NCBI GenBank assembly: GCA_964016885.1
Contig: OZ024743.1
Span: 133,300,001-133,364,000, forward strand
Reading direction: 5' to 3'
Length of the DNA: 64,000 nucleotides
Source of the DNA: Eledone cirrhosa
Taxonomy: Eukaryota
Below are positions 23,188-35,100 of this stretch, piece by piece; position 1 is the first letter of the stretch, and each line of letters begins with the position of its first letter. The notes under the pieces are model-generated. The model made no database searches. It was given only the letters and a program-made list of their open reading frames with translations, and was not told the DNA's origin. The position numbers were made by a program, and so were the translations under genes.

Positions 23188-26100
23188 TAAGTCTTTGGTG
23201 CTTGGTGCTTGGTGTTTGGTGCTTCGTGCTTGGTGCTTAGTGTTTGGTGCATGGTGCTTGATGTTTGGGGCTTGGTGCCTGGTGCTTGGAGTTTGGTGCT
23301 TGGTGCTTGGTGCTTGGTGTTTGGTGTTTGGTGCTTGGTGCTTGGTGTTTGGTGCTTGGTGTTTGGTGCTTGGTGTTCGGTGCTTGGTGCTTGGTGCTTG
23401 GTACTTGGTGTTAGGTTTTTGGTGCTTGGGGCTTGGTGTTTGGTGTTTGGTGCTTGGTGCTTGGTGTTTGGTGTTTGGTGCTTGGTGTTTGGTGCTTGGT
23501 GCTTTGTGCTTGGTGTTTGGTGCTGGGTGTATGGTGTTTGGTGCTTGGTGCTTGGTGCTTGGTGTTTGGTGTTTGGTGCTTGGTACTTGGTGTTTTGTGT
23601 TTGATGCTTGGTGTTTGATGCTTGTTGATTGGTGCTTGGTGTTTTGTGTTTGGTGTTTGGTGCTTGGTGTATGTACTTGGTGCTTGGTGCTTGGTGTTTG
23701 GTGCTTGGTTCTTGGTGTTTGGTGCTTGGTGCTTGGTGCTTGGTGTTTGGTGCTTGGTGCTTGGTGTTTGGTGCTTGGTGTTTGGTGTTTGGTGCTTGGT
23801 GTTTGGTACTTGGTGCTTGGTGCTTGGTGTTAAGTGTTTGGTGCTTGGTGCTTGTTGTTTGGTGCCTCGTGCTTGTTGTTTGGTGTTTGGTGCTTGGTGC
23901 TTGGTGTTTGGTGCTTGGTGCTTGGTGCTTGGTGTTTGGTGCTTGGTGCTTGGTGTTTGGTGCTTGGTGCTTGGTGTTTGGTGCTTGGTGTTTGGTGCTT
24001 GGTGCTTGGTGCTTGGTGCTTGGTGTTTGCTGTATGGTGTTTGCTGTTTCGTGTTTGGTGTTTGCTGTTTGGTGTTTAATGCTTGGTGCTTGGTGCTTGG
24101 TGTTTGGTGCTTGGTGCTTGGTGCTTGGTGCTTGGCGTTTGCTCTTTGCTTTTTGGTGTTTGGTGCTTGCTGTTTGGTGTTTGGTGTTTGGAGTTTGGTG
24201 TTTGGTGCTTGCTGTTTGGTGCTTGGTGCTTGGTGTTTGGTGTTTGGTGCTTGGTGCTTGGTGTTTGGTGCTTGGTGCTTGGTGCTGGGTGTTTGGTGCT
24301 TGTTGCTTGGTGTTTGGTGCTTGGTGCTTGATGTTTGGTGCTTGGTGTTTGGTCCTTGGTGCTTGGTGCTTGGTCTTTGGTGCTTGGGGTTTGGTGTTTG
24401 GTGCTTGGTGCTTGGTGTTTGGTGTTTGGTGCTTGCTGCTTGGTGCTTGGTGTTTGGTGCTTGGTGCTTGGTGATTAGTGTTTGTTGCATGGTGCTTGGT
24501 GTTTGTTGTTTGGTGCTTGGTGCTTGGTGTTTGGTGCTTGGTGCTTGCTGTTTGGTGTTTGGTGTTTGGTGCTTGGTGCTTGGTGTTTGGTGTTTGGTGT
24601 TTGGTGTTTGGTGTTTGGTGCTTGGTGCTTGGTGTTTGGTGCTTGGTATTTGGTGCTTGGTGTACGTACTTGGTGCTTGGTGCTTGGTGTTTGGTGCTTG
24701 GTTCTTGGTGTTTGGTGCTTGGTGCTTGGTGCTTGGTGTTTGGTGCTTGGTGCTTGGTGTTTGGTACTTGGTGCTTGGTGTTTGGTGTTTGGTGCTTGGT
24801 GTTTGGTGCTTGGTGCTTGGTGCTTGGTGTTAAGTGTTTGGTGCTTGGTGCTTGGTGTTTGGTGCTTCGTGCTTGGTGCTTGGTGTTTGGTGCTTGGTGC
24901 TTGGTGTTTGGTGCTTGGTGCTTGGTGTTTGGTACTTGGTGCTTGGTGTTTGGTGTTTGGTGCTTGGTGTTTGGTGCTTGGTGCTTGGTGCTTGGTGTTA
25001 AGTGTTTGGTGCTTGGTGCTTGGTGTTTGGTGCTTCGTGCTTGGTGTTTGGTGTTTGGTGCTAGGTGCTTGGTGCTTGGTGTTTGGTGCTTGGTGCTTGG
25101 TGTTTGGTGCTTGGTGCTTGGGGCTTGGTGTTTGGTGCTTGCTGCTTGGTGTTTGGTGCTTGGTGCTTGGTGCTTGGTGTTTGGTGTTTGGTGTTTGGTG
25201 CTTGGTGTTTGGTGCTTGGTGCTTGGTGCTGGGTGGTTGATGTTTGGTGCTTGTTGCTTGGTGTTTGGTGCTTGGTGCTTGGTGCTTATTGTTTGGTGCT
25301 TGGTGCTTGGTGCTTGGTGCTTGGCCTTTGGTGCTTGGTGTTTGCTGTTTGGTGTTTGGTGTTTGTGCTTGGTGCTTGGTGCTTGGTGTTTGGTGCTAGG
25401 TGCTTGACGCTTGGCGTTTGGTGCTTGGTGCTTGGTGCTTGGTGATTAGTGTTTGGTGCTTGGTGCTTGGGGTTTGGTGTTTGGTATTTGCTGTTTGGTG
25501 TTTGCTGTATGGTGTTTGCTGTTTTGTGTTTCGTGTTTGTTGTTTGGTGTTTGGTGCTTGGTGCTTGGTGCTTGGTGTTTCGTGCTTGGTGCTTGGTGCT
25601 TGGTGTTTGGCGTTTGCTGTTTGCTGTTTGCTGTTTGGTGTTTGCTGTTTGGTGTTTGCTGTTTGGTGTTTGGTGCTTGGTGCTTGGTGGCTGGTGTTTG
25701 GTGCTTGGTGTTTGGATTTTGGTGCTTGGTGCTTGGTGCCTGGTGTTTCGTGCTTGGTGCTTGGTGCTTGGTGTTTGGTGTTTGGTGCTTGGTGTTTGGT
25801 ATTTGGTGCTTGGTGCTTGGTGCTTGGTGTTTGGTGCTTGGTGCTTGGTGCTTGGTGTTTGATGCTGCGTGCTTGGTGTTTGGTGTTTGGTGCTTGATGC
25901 TTGGTGTTTGTTGTTTGGAGCTTGGTGCCTGGTGCTTGTTGTTTGGTGCCTCGTGCTTGTTGTTTGGTGTTTGGTGCTTGGTGCTTGATGTTTGGTGCTT
26001 GGTGCTTGATGCTTGGTGTCTGGTGCTTGGTGCTTGGTGTTTGGTGCTTGGTGCTTGGTGTTTGGTGCTTGGTGTTTGCTGCTTGGTGCTTGGTGCTTGG

Positions 26101-29100
26101 TGCTTGGTGTTAGGTGTTTGGTGCTTGGTGCTTGGTGTTTGATGTTTGGTCCTTGGTGCTTGGTGTTTGGTGTTTGGTGCTTGGTGCTTGGTGTTTGGTG
26201 TTTGGTGATTGCTGCTTGGTGCTTGGTGTTTTGTGTTTGGAGTTTGGTGTTTGGTGTTTGGTGCTTCGGTCTTGGTGCTTGGTGTTTGGTGCTTGGTGCT
26301 TGGTGTTTGGTGCTTGGTGCCTGGTGCTTGTTGTTTGGTGCTTGGTGCTTGGTGTTTGATGATTGGTGCTTGGTGTTTGGTGCTTGGTGCTTGGTGCTTG
26401 GTGCTTGGTGTTAGGTGTTTGGTGCTTGGTGCTTGGTGTTTGATGTTTGGTCCTTGGTGCTTGGTGTTTGGTGTTTGGTGCTTCGTGCTTGGTGTTTGGT
26501 GTCTGGTGCTTGGTGCTTGGTGTTTGGTGCTTGCTGCTTGCTGCTTGGGTTTTGGTGCTTGGTGATTGGTGCTTGGTGTTTTGTGCTTGGTGCTAGGTGT
26601 TTGGTGTTTGGTGTTTGGTGCTTGGTGCTTGGTGCTTGGTGCTTGGTGCTTGGTGTTTGGTGCTGTGTGCTTGGTGTTTGGTGTCTGGAGTTTGGTGCCT
26701 GGTGCTTGGTGCCTGGTGTTTCGTGCTTGGTGCTTGGTGCTTGGTGTTTGGTGTTTGGTGCTTGGTGTTTGGTGTTTGGTACTTGGTGTTTGGTGCTTGG
26801 TGCTTGGTGCTTGTTGTTTGGTGCTTGGTGCTTGGTCTTTGGTGCTTGGTGTTTGGTGTTTGGTGCTTGGTGCTTGGTGTTTGGTGCTTGGTGCTAGGTG
26901 TTTAGTGTTTGGTGCTTGGTGCTTGGTGTTTGGTGATTGGTGCTTGGTGCTTGGTGCTTAGTGCTTGGTGTTTGGTGCTTGGTGCTTGGTGTTTGGTGCT
27001 TGGTGCCTGGTGCTTGGTTCTTGGTGCTTGTTGTTTGGTGCTTGGTGCTTGGTTATTAGTCTTTGGTGCTTGGTGCTTGGTGTTTGGTGTTTCGTGCTTC
27101 GTGTCTAGTGTTTGGGTTTTGGTGTTTGGTGTTTGCTGTATGGTGTTTGCTGTTTCGTGTTTGGTGCTTCGTGCTTGGTGCTTGGTGTTTGGTGCATGGT
27201 GCTTGGTGTTTGAGGCTTGGTGCCTGGTGCTTTGTGTTTGGTGCTAGGTGCTTGGTGCTTGGTGTTTGGTGTTTGGTGCTTGGTGCTTGGTGCTTGGTGT
27301 TTGGTGCTTGGTGCTTGGTGCTTGGTTATTAGTGTTTGGTGCTTGGTGCTTGGGGTTTGGTGTTTGCTGTATGGTGTTTGCTGTTTCGTGTTTGGTGTTT
27401 GCTGTTTGGTGTTTAATGCTTGGTGCTTGGTGCTTGGTGTTTGGTGCTTGGTGCTTGGTGCTTGGTGCTTGGCGTTTGCTCTTTGCTGTTTGGTGTTTGG
27501 TGCTTGCTGTTTGGTGTTTGGTGTTTGGTGTTTGGTGTTTGGTGCTTGCTGTTTGGTGCTTGGTGCTTGGTGTTTGGTGTTTGGTGTTTGGTGCTTGGTG
27601 CTTGGTGTTTGGTGCTTGTTGCTTGGTGCTGGGTGTTTGGTGCTTGTTGCTTGGTGTTTGGTGCTTGGTGCGTGGTGCTTGGTGTTTGGTGTTTGGTGCT
27701 TGCTGCTTGGTGCTTGGTGTTTGGTGCTTGGTGCTTGGTGATTAGTGTTTGGTGCATGGTGCTTGGTGTTTGTTGTTTGGTGCTTGGTGCTTGGTGTTTG
27801 GTGCTTGGTGCTTGCTGTTTGGTGTTTGGTGTTTGGTGCTTGGTGCTTGGTCTTTGGTCTTTGGTGTTTGGTGTTTGGTGCTTGGTGCTTGGTGTTTGGT
27901 GCTTGGTGTTTGGTGCTTGGTGTATGTGCTTGGTCCTTGGTGCTTGGTGCTTGGTTCTTGGTGTTTGGTGCTTGGTGTTTGGTGCTTGGTGTTTGTTGCT
28001 TGGTGCTTGGTGTTTGGTACTTGGTGCTTGGTGTTTGGTGTTTGGTGCTTGGTGTTTGGTGCTTGGTGCTTGGTGCTTGGTGTTAAGTGTTTGGTGTTTG
28101 CTGTATGGTGTTTGCTGTTTCGTGTTTGGTGTTTGCTGTTTGGTGTTTAATGCTTGGTGCTTGGTGCTTGGTGTTTGGTGCTTGGTGCTTGGTGCTTGGT
28201 GCTTGGTGTTTGCTCTTTGCTTTTTGGTGTTTGGTGCTTGCTGTTTGGTGTTTGGTGTTTGGTGTTTGGTGTTTGGTGCTTGCTGTTTGGTGCTTGGTGC
28301 TTGGTGTTTGGTGTTTGGTGTTTGGTGCTTGGTGCTTGGTGTTTGGTGCTTGGTGCTTGGTGCTGGGTGTTTGGTGCTTGTTGCTTGGTGTTTGGTGCTT
28401 GGTGCTTGATGTTTGGTGCCTGGTGTTTGGTCCTTGGTGCTTGGTGCTTGGTCTTTGGTGCTTGGGGTTTGGTGTTTGGTGCTTGGTGCTTGGTGTTTGG
28501 TGCTTGGTGCTTGGTGCTTGGTGTTTGGTGTTTGGTGCTTGCTGCTTGGTGCTTGGTGTTTGGTGCTTGGTGCTTGGTGATTAGTGTTTGTTGCATGGTG
28601 CTTGGTGTTTGTTGTTTGGTGCTTGGTGCTTGGTGTTTGGTGCTTGGTGCTTGCTGTTTGGTGTTTGGTGTTTGGTGCTTGGTGCTTGGTGTTTGGTGTT
28701 TGGTGTTTGGTGTTTGGTGTTTGGTGCTTGGTGCTTGGTGTTTGGTGCCTGGTGTTTGGTGCTTGGTGTATGTACTTGGTGCTTGGTGCTTGGTGTTTGG
28801 TGCTTGGTTCTTGGTGTTTGGTGCTTGGTGCTTGGTGCTTGGTGTTTGGTGCTTGGTGCTTGGTGTTTGGTACTTGGTGCTTGGTGTTTGGTGTTTGGTG
28901 CTTGGTGTTTGGTGCTTGGTGCTTGGTGCTTGGTGTTAAGTGTTTGGTGCTTGGTGCTTGGTGTTTGTGGCTTCGTGCTTGGTGTTTGGTGTTTGGTGCT
29001 AGGTGCTTGGTGCTTGGTGTTTGGTGCTTGGTGCTTGGTGTTTGGTGCTTGGTGCTTGGGGCTTGGTGTTTGGTGCTTGCTGCTTGGTGTTTGGTGCTTG

Positions 29101-32100
29101 GTGCTTGGTGCTTGGTGTTTGGTGTTTGGTGTTTGGTGCTTGGTGTTTGGTGCTTGGTGCTTGGTGCTGGGTGGTTGATGTTTGGTGCTTGGTGCTTGGT
29201 GTTTGGTGCTTGGTGCTTGGTGCTTATTGTTTGGTGCTTGGTGCTTGGTGCTTGGGGCTTGGCCTTTGGTGCTTGGTGTTTGCTGTTTGGTGTTTGGTGT
29301 TTGTGCTTGGTGCTTGGTGCTTGGTGTTTGGTGCTAGGTGCTTGACGCTTGGCGTTTGGTGCTTGGTGCTTGGTGCTTGGTGATTAGTGTTTGGTGCTTG
29401 GTGCTTGGGGTTTGGTGTTTGGTATTTGCTGTTTGGTGTTTGCTGTATGGTGTTTGCTGTTTTGTGTTTCGTGTTTGCTGTTTGGTGTTTGGTGCTTGGT
29501 GCTTGGTGCTTGGTGTTTCGTGCTTGGTGCTTGGTGCTTGGTGTTTGGCGTTTGCTGTTTGCTGTTTGGTGTTTGGTGTTTGTTGTTTGGTGTTTGCTGT
29601 TTGGTGTTTGGTGCTTGGTTCTTGGTGGCTGGTGTTTGGTGCTTGGTGTTTGGATTTTGGTGCTTGGTGCTTGGTGCCTGGTGTTTCGTGCTTGGTGCTT
29701 GGTGCTTGGTGTTTGGTGTTTGGTGCTTGGTGTTTGGTATTTGGTGCTTGGTGCTTGGTGCTTGGTGTTTGGTGCTTGGTGCTTGGTGCTTGGTGTTTGA
29801 TGCTGCGTGCTTGGTGTTTGGTGTTTGGTGCTTGATGCTTGGTGTTTGTTGTTTGGAGCTTGGTGCCTGGTGCTTGTTGTTTGGTGCCTCGTGCTTGTTG
29901 TTTGGTGTTTGGTGCTTGGTGCTTGGTGTTTGGTGCTTGGTGCTTGGTGCTTGGTGTTCGGTGCTTGGTGCTTGGTGTTTGGTGCTTGGTGCTTGGTGTT
30001 TGGTGCTTGGTGTTTGGTGCTTGGTGCTTGGTGCTTGGTGCTTGGTGTTAGGTGTTTGGTGCTTGGTGCTTGGTGTTTGATGTTTGGTCCTTGGTGCTTG
30101 GTGTTTGGTGTTTGGTGCTTGGTGCTTGGTGTTTGGTGTTTGGTGCTTGCTGCTTGGTGATTGGTGTTTTGTGTTTGGAGTTTGGTGTTTGGTGTTTGGT
30201 GCTTCGGTCTTGGTGCTTGGTGTTTGGTGCTTGGTGCTTGGTGTTTGGTGCTTGGTGCCTGGTGCTTGTTGTTTGGTGCTTGGTGCTTGGTGTTTGATGA
30301 TTGGTGCTTGGTGTTTGGTGCTTGGTGCTTGGTGCTTGGTGCTTTGTGTTAGGTGTTTGGTGCTTGGTGCTTGGTGTTGGATGTTTGGTCCTTGGTGCTT
30401 GGTGTTTGGTGTTTGGTGCTTGGTGCTTGGTGTTTGGTGTTTGGTGCTTGGTGCTTGGTGTTTGGTGCTTGCTGCTTGCTGCTTGGGTTTTGGTGCTTGG
30501 TGATTGGTGCTTGGTGTTTTGTGCTTGGTGCTTGGTGTTTGGTGTTTGGTGTTTGGTGCTTGGTGCTTGGTGCTTGGTGCTTGGTGCTTGGTGTTTGGTG
30601 CTGCGTGCTTGGTGTTTGGTGTCTGGAGTTTGGTGCTTGGTGCTTGGTGCCTGGTGTTTCGTGCTTGGTGCTTGGTGCTTGGTGTTTGGTGTTTGGTGCT
30701 TGGTGTTTGGTGTTTGGTACTTGGTGTTTGGTGCTTGGTGCCTGGTGCTTGGTGTTTGGTGCTTGGTGCTTGGTGTTTGGTGATTGGTGCTTGGTGTTTG
30801 GTGATTGGTGCTTGATGCTTGGTGCTTGGTGTTAGGTGTTTGGTGCTTGGTGCTTGGTGTTTGATGTTTGGTCCTTGGTGCTTGGTGTTTGGTGTTTGGT
30901 GCTTGGTGCTTGGTGTTTGGTGTTTGGTGCTTGCTGCTTGCTGCTTGGTGTTTGGTGCTTGGTGATTGGTGCTTGGTGCTTGGTGTTTGATGATTGGTGC
31001 TTGGTGTTTGGTGCTTGGTGCTTGGTGCTTGGTGCTTTGTGTTAGGTGTTTGGTGCTTGGTGCTTGGTGTTGGATGTTTGGTCCTTGGTGCTTGGTGTTT
31101 GGTGCTTGGTGCTTGCTGTTTGGTGTTTGGTGCTTGGTGCGTGGGACTTAGTGTTTGGTGTTTGGTGCTTGGTGTTTGGTGCTTGGTGTTTGGGGCTTGG
31201 TGTTCGGTGCTTGGTGCTTGGTGCTTGGGGCTTGGTGTTTGTTGTTTGGTGCTTGGTGCTTGGTCTTTGGTGCTTGGTGTTTGGTGTTTGGTGCTTGGTG
31301 CTTGGTGCTTGGTGCTTGGTTTTTGGTGCTTGGTGCTTGGTGCTTGGTGTTTGGTGCTTGGTGCTTGGTGCTTGTTGTTTGGTGCTTGGTGCTTGGTCTT
31401 TGGTGCTTGGTGTTTCGTGTTTGGTGCTTGGTGCTTGGTGTTTGGTGCTTGGTGCCTGGTGTTTAGTGTTTGGTGCTTGGTGCTTGGTGTTTGGTGATTG
31501 GTGCTTGGTGCTTGGTGCTTAGTGCTTGGTGTTTGGTGTTTGGTGCTTGGTGTTTGGTGTTTGGTGTTTGATGCTTGGTTTTTGCTGCTTGGTGCTTGGT
31601 GCCTGGTGCTTGGTGCTTGGTGCTTGTTGTTTGGTGCTTGTGCTTGGTTATTAGTCTTTGGTGCTTGGTGCTTGGTGTTTGGTGTTTCGTGCTTCGTGTC
31701 TAGTGTTTGGGTTTTGGTGTTTGGTGTTTGCTGTATGGTGTTTGCTGTTTCGTGTTTGGTGCTTCGTGCTTGGTGCTTGGTGTTTGGTGCATGGTGCTTG
31801 GTGTTTGAGGCTTGGTGCCTGGTGCTTTGTGTTTGGTGCTAGGTGCTTGGTGCTTGGTCTTTGGTGTTTGGTGCTTGGTGCTTGGTGCTTGGTGTTTGGT
31901 GCTTGGTGCTTGGTGCTTGGTTATTAGTGTTTGGTGCTTGGTGCTTGGGGTTTGGTGTTTGGTGCTTGGTGCTTGGTGTTTGGTGTTTGCTGTATGGTGT
32001 TTGCTGTTTGGTGTTTGGTGTTTGCTGTTTGGTGTTTAATGCTTGGTGCTTCGTGCTTGGTGTTTGGTGTTTGGTGCTTGGTGCTTGGTGCTTGGCGTTT

Positions 32101-35100
32101 GCTCTTTGCTGTTTGGTGTTTGGTGCTTGCTGTTTGGTGTTTGGTGTTTGGTGTTTGGTGTTTGGTGCTTGCTGTTTGGTGCTTGGTGCTTGGTGTTTGG
32201 TGTTTGGTGTTTGGTGCTTGGTGCTTGGTGTTTGGTGCTTGGTGCTTGGTGCTGGGTGTTTGGTGCTTGTTGCTTGGTGTTTGGTGCTTGGTGCTTGATG
32301 CTTGGTGCTTGGTGTTTGGTCCTTGGTGCTTGGTGCTTGGTCTTTGGTGCTTGGGGTTTGGTGTTTGGTGCTTGGTGCTTGGTGTTTGGTGTTTCGTGCT
32401 TGGTGCTTGGTGCTTGGTGTTTGGCGTTTGCTGTTTGCTGTTTGGTGTTTGGTGTTTGCTGTTTGGTGTTTGCTGTTTGGTGTTTGGTGCTTGGTGCTTG
32501 GTGGCTGGTGTTTGGTGCTTGGTGTTTGAATTTTGGTGCTTGGTGCTTGGTGCCTGGTGTTTCGTGCTTGGTGCTTGGTGCTTGGTGTTTGGTGTTTGGT
32601 GCTTGGTGTTTGGTATTTGGTGCTTGGTGCTTGGTGCTTGGTGTTTGGTGCTTGGTGCTTGGTGCTTGGTGTTTGATGCTGCGTGCTTGGTGTTTGGTGT
32701 TTGGTGCTTGATGCTTGGTGTTTGTTGTTTGGAGCTTGGTGCCTGGTGCTTGTTGTTTGGTGCCTCGTGCTTGTTGTTTGGTGTTTGGTGCTTGGTGCTT
32801 GGTGTTTGGTGCTTGGTGCTTGGTGCTTGGTGTTTGGTGCTTGGTGCTTGGTGTTTGGTGCTTGGTGCTTGGTGTTTGGTGCTTGGTGTTTGGTGCTTGG
32901 TGCTTGGTGCTTGGTGCTTGGTGTTAGGTGTTTGGTGCTTGGTGCTTGGTGTTTGGTGTTTGGTGCTTGGTGCTTGGTGTTTGGTGTTTGGTGCTTGGTG
33001 CTTGGTGCTTGGTGTTTTGTGTTTGAAGTTTGGTACTTGGTGTTTGGTGCTTCGGTCTTGGTGCTTGGTGTTTGGTGCTTGGTGCTTGGTGTTTGGTGCT
33101 TGTTGCCTGGTGCTTGTTGTTTGGTGCTTGGTGCTTGGTGTTTGATGATTGGTGCTTGGTGTTTGGTGCTTGGTGCTTGGTGCTTGGTGTTTGGTGTTTG
33201 GTGCTTGGTGCTTGGTGTTTGGTGTTTGGTGCTTGGTGCTTGGTGTTTGGTGCTTGCTGCTTGCTGCTTGGGTTTTGGTGCTTGGTGATTGGTGCTTGGT
33301 GTTTTGTGCTTGGTGCTTGGTGTTTGGTGTTTGGTGTTTGGTGCTTGGTGCTTGGTGCTTGGTGCTTGGTGCTTGGTGTTTGGTGCTGCGTGCTTGGTGT
33401 TTGGTGTCTGGAGTTTGGTGCTTGGTGCTTGGTGCCTGGTGTTTCGTGCTTGGTGCTTGGTGCTTGGTGTTTGGTGTTTGGTGCTTGGTGTTTGGTGTTT
33501 GGTACTTGGTGTTTGGTGCTTGGTGCCTGGTGCTTGGTGTTTGGTGCTTGGTGCTTGGTGTTTGGTGATTGGTGCTTGGTGTTTGGTGATTGGTGCTTGA
33601 TGCTTGGTGCTTGGTGTTAGTTGTTTGGTGCTTGGTGCTTGGTGTTTGATGTTTGGTCCTTGGTGCTTGGTGTTTGGTGTTTGGTGCTTGGTGCTTGGTG
33701 TTTGGTGTTTGGTGCTTGCTGCTTGCTGCTTGGTGTTTGGTGCTTGGTGATTGGTGCTTGGTGTTTTGTGCTTGGTGCTTGGTGTTTGGTGTTTGGTGCT
33801 AGGGGCTTAGTGCTTGGTGCTTGGTGTTTGGTGCTTGGTGCTTGCTGTTTGGTGTTTGGTGCTTGGTGCGTGGGACTTAGTGTTTGGTGTTTGGTGCTTG
33901 GTGTTTGGTGCTTGGTGTTTGGGGCTTGGTGTTCGGTGCTTGGTGCTTGGTGCTTGGGGCTTGGTGTTTGTTGTTTGGTGCTTGGTGCTTGGTCTTTGGT
34001 GGTTGGTGTTTGCTGTTTGGTGCTTGGTGCTTGGTGCTTGGTTTTTGGTGCTTGGTGCTTGGTGCTTGGTGTTTGGTGCTTGGTGCTTGGTGCTTGTTGT
34101 TTGGTGCTTGGTGCTTGGTCTTTGGTGCTTGGTGTTTGGTGTTTGGTGCTTGGAGCTTGGTGTTTGGTGCTTGGTGCCTGGTGTTTAGTGTTTGGTGCTT
34201 GGTGCTTGGTGCTTAGTGCTTGGTGTTTGGTGTTTGGTGCTTGGTGTTTGGTGTTTGGTGTTTGATGCTTGGTTTTTGCTGCTTGGTGCTTGGTGCTTGG
34301 TGCTTGGTGTTCTGTGTTTGGTGCTTGGTGCTTGGTGCCTGGTGCTTGGTGCTTGGTGCTTGTTGTTTGGTGCTTGGTGCTTGGTTATTAGTCTTTGGTG
34401 CTTGGTGCTTGGTGTTTGGTGTTTCGTGCTTGGTGTCTAGTGTTTGGGTTTTGGTGTTTGGTGTTTGCTGTATGGTGTTTGCTGTTTCGTGTTTGGTGCT
34501 TCGTGCTTGGTGCTTGGTGTTTGGTGCATGGTGCTTGGTGTTTGAGGCTTGGTTATTAGTGTTTGGTGCTTGGTGCTTGGGGTTTGGTGTTTGGTGCTTG
34601 GTGCTTGGTGTTTGGTGTTTGCTGTATGGTGTTTGCTGTTTCGTGTTTGGTGTTTGCTGTTTGGTGTTTAATGCTTGGTGCTTGGTGCTTGGTGTTTGGT
34701 GCTTGGTGCTTGGTGCTTGGTGCTTGGCGTTTGCTCTTTGCTGTTTGGTGTTTGGTGCTTGCTGTTTGGTGTTTGGTGTTTGGTGTTTGGTGCTTGCTGT
34801 TTGGTGCTTGGTGCTTGGTGTTTGGTGTTTGGTGTTTGGTGCTTGGTGCTTGGTGTTTGGTGCTTGGTGGTTGGTGCTGGGTGTTTGGTGCTTGTTGCTT
34901 GGTGTTTGGTGCTTGGTGCTTGATGCTTGGTGCTTGGTGTTTGGTCCTTGGTGCTTGGTGCTTGGTCTTTGGTGCTTGGGGTTTGGTGTTTGGTGCTTGG
35001 TGCTTGGTGTTTGGTGCTTGGTGCTTGGTGCTTGGTGTTTGGTGTTTGGTGCTTGCTGCTTGGTGCTTGGTGTTTGGTGCTTGGTGCTTGGTGATTAGTG

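Larger units (their letters stand above)
2415..32927. repeat. Two tandem copies of a ~15-kb higher-order unit (copy 1 about 2415-17205, 14,791 bp; copy 2 about 17206-32927, about 15,722 bp)
   Basis: Matching ORFs are colinear with stepwise offsets: 2674->17465, 3481->18272 and 4993->19784 (14791); 7100->22849 (15749); 7677->23433 to 10810->26566 (15756); 11663->27420 (15757); 12820->28584 (15764); 13407->29003 (15596); 15446->31155 (15709); 16993->32715 (15722). Confidence 0.92.
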
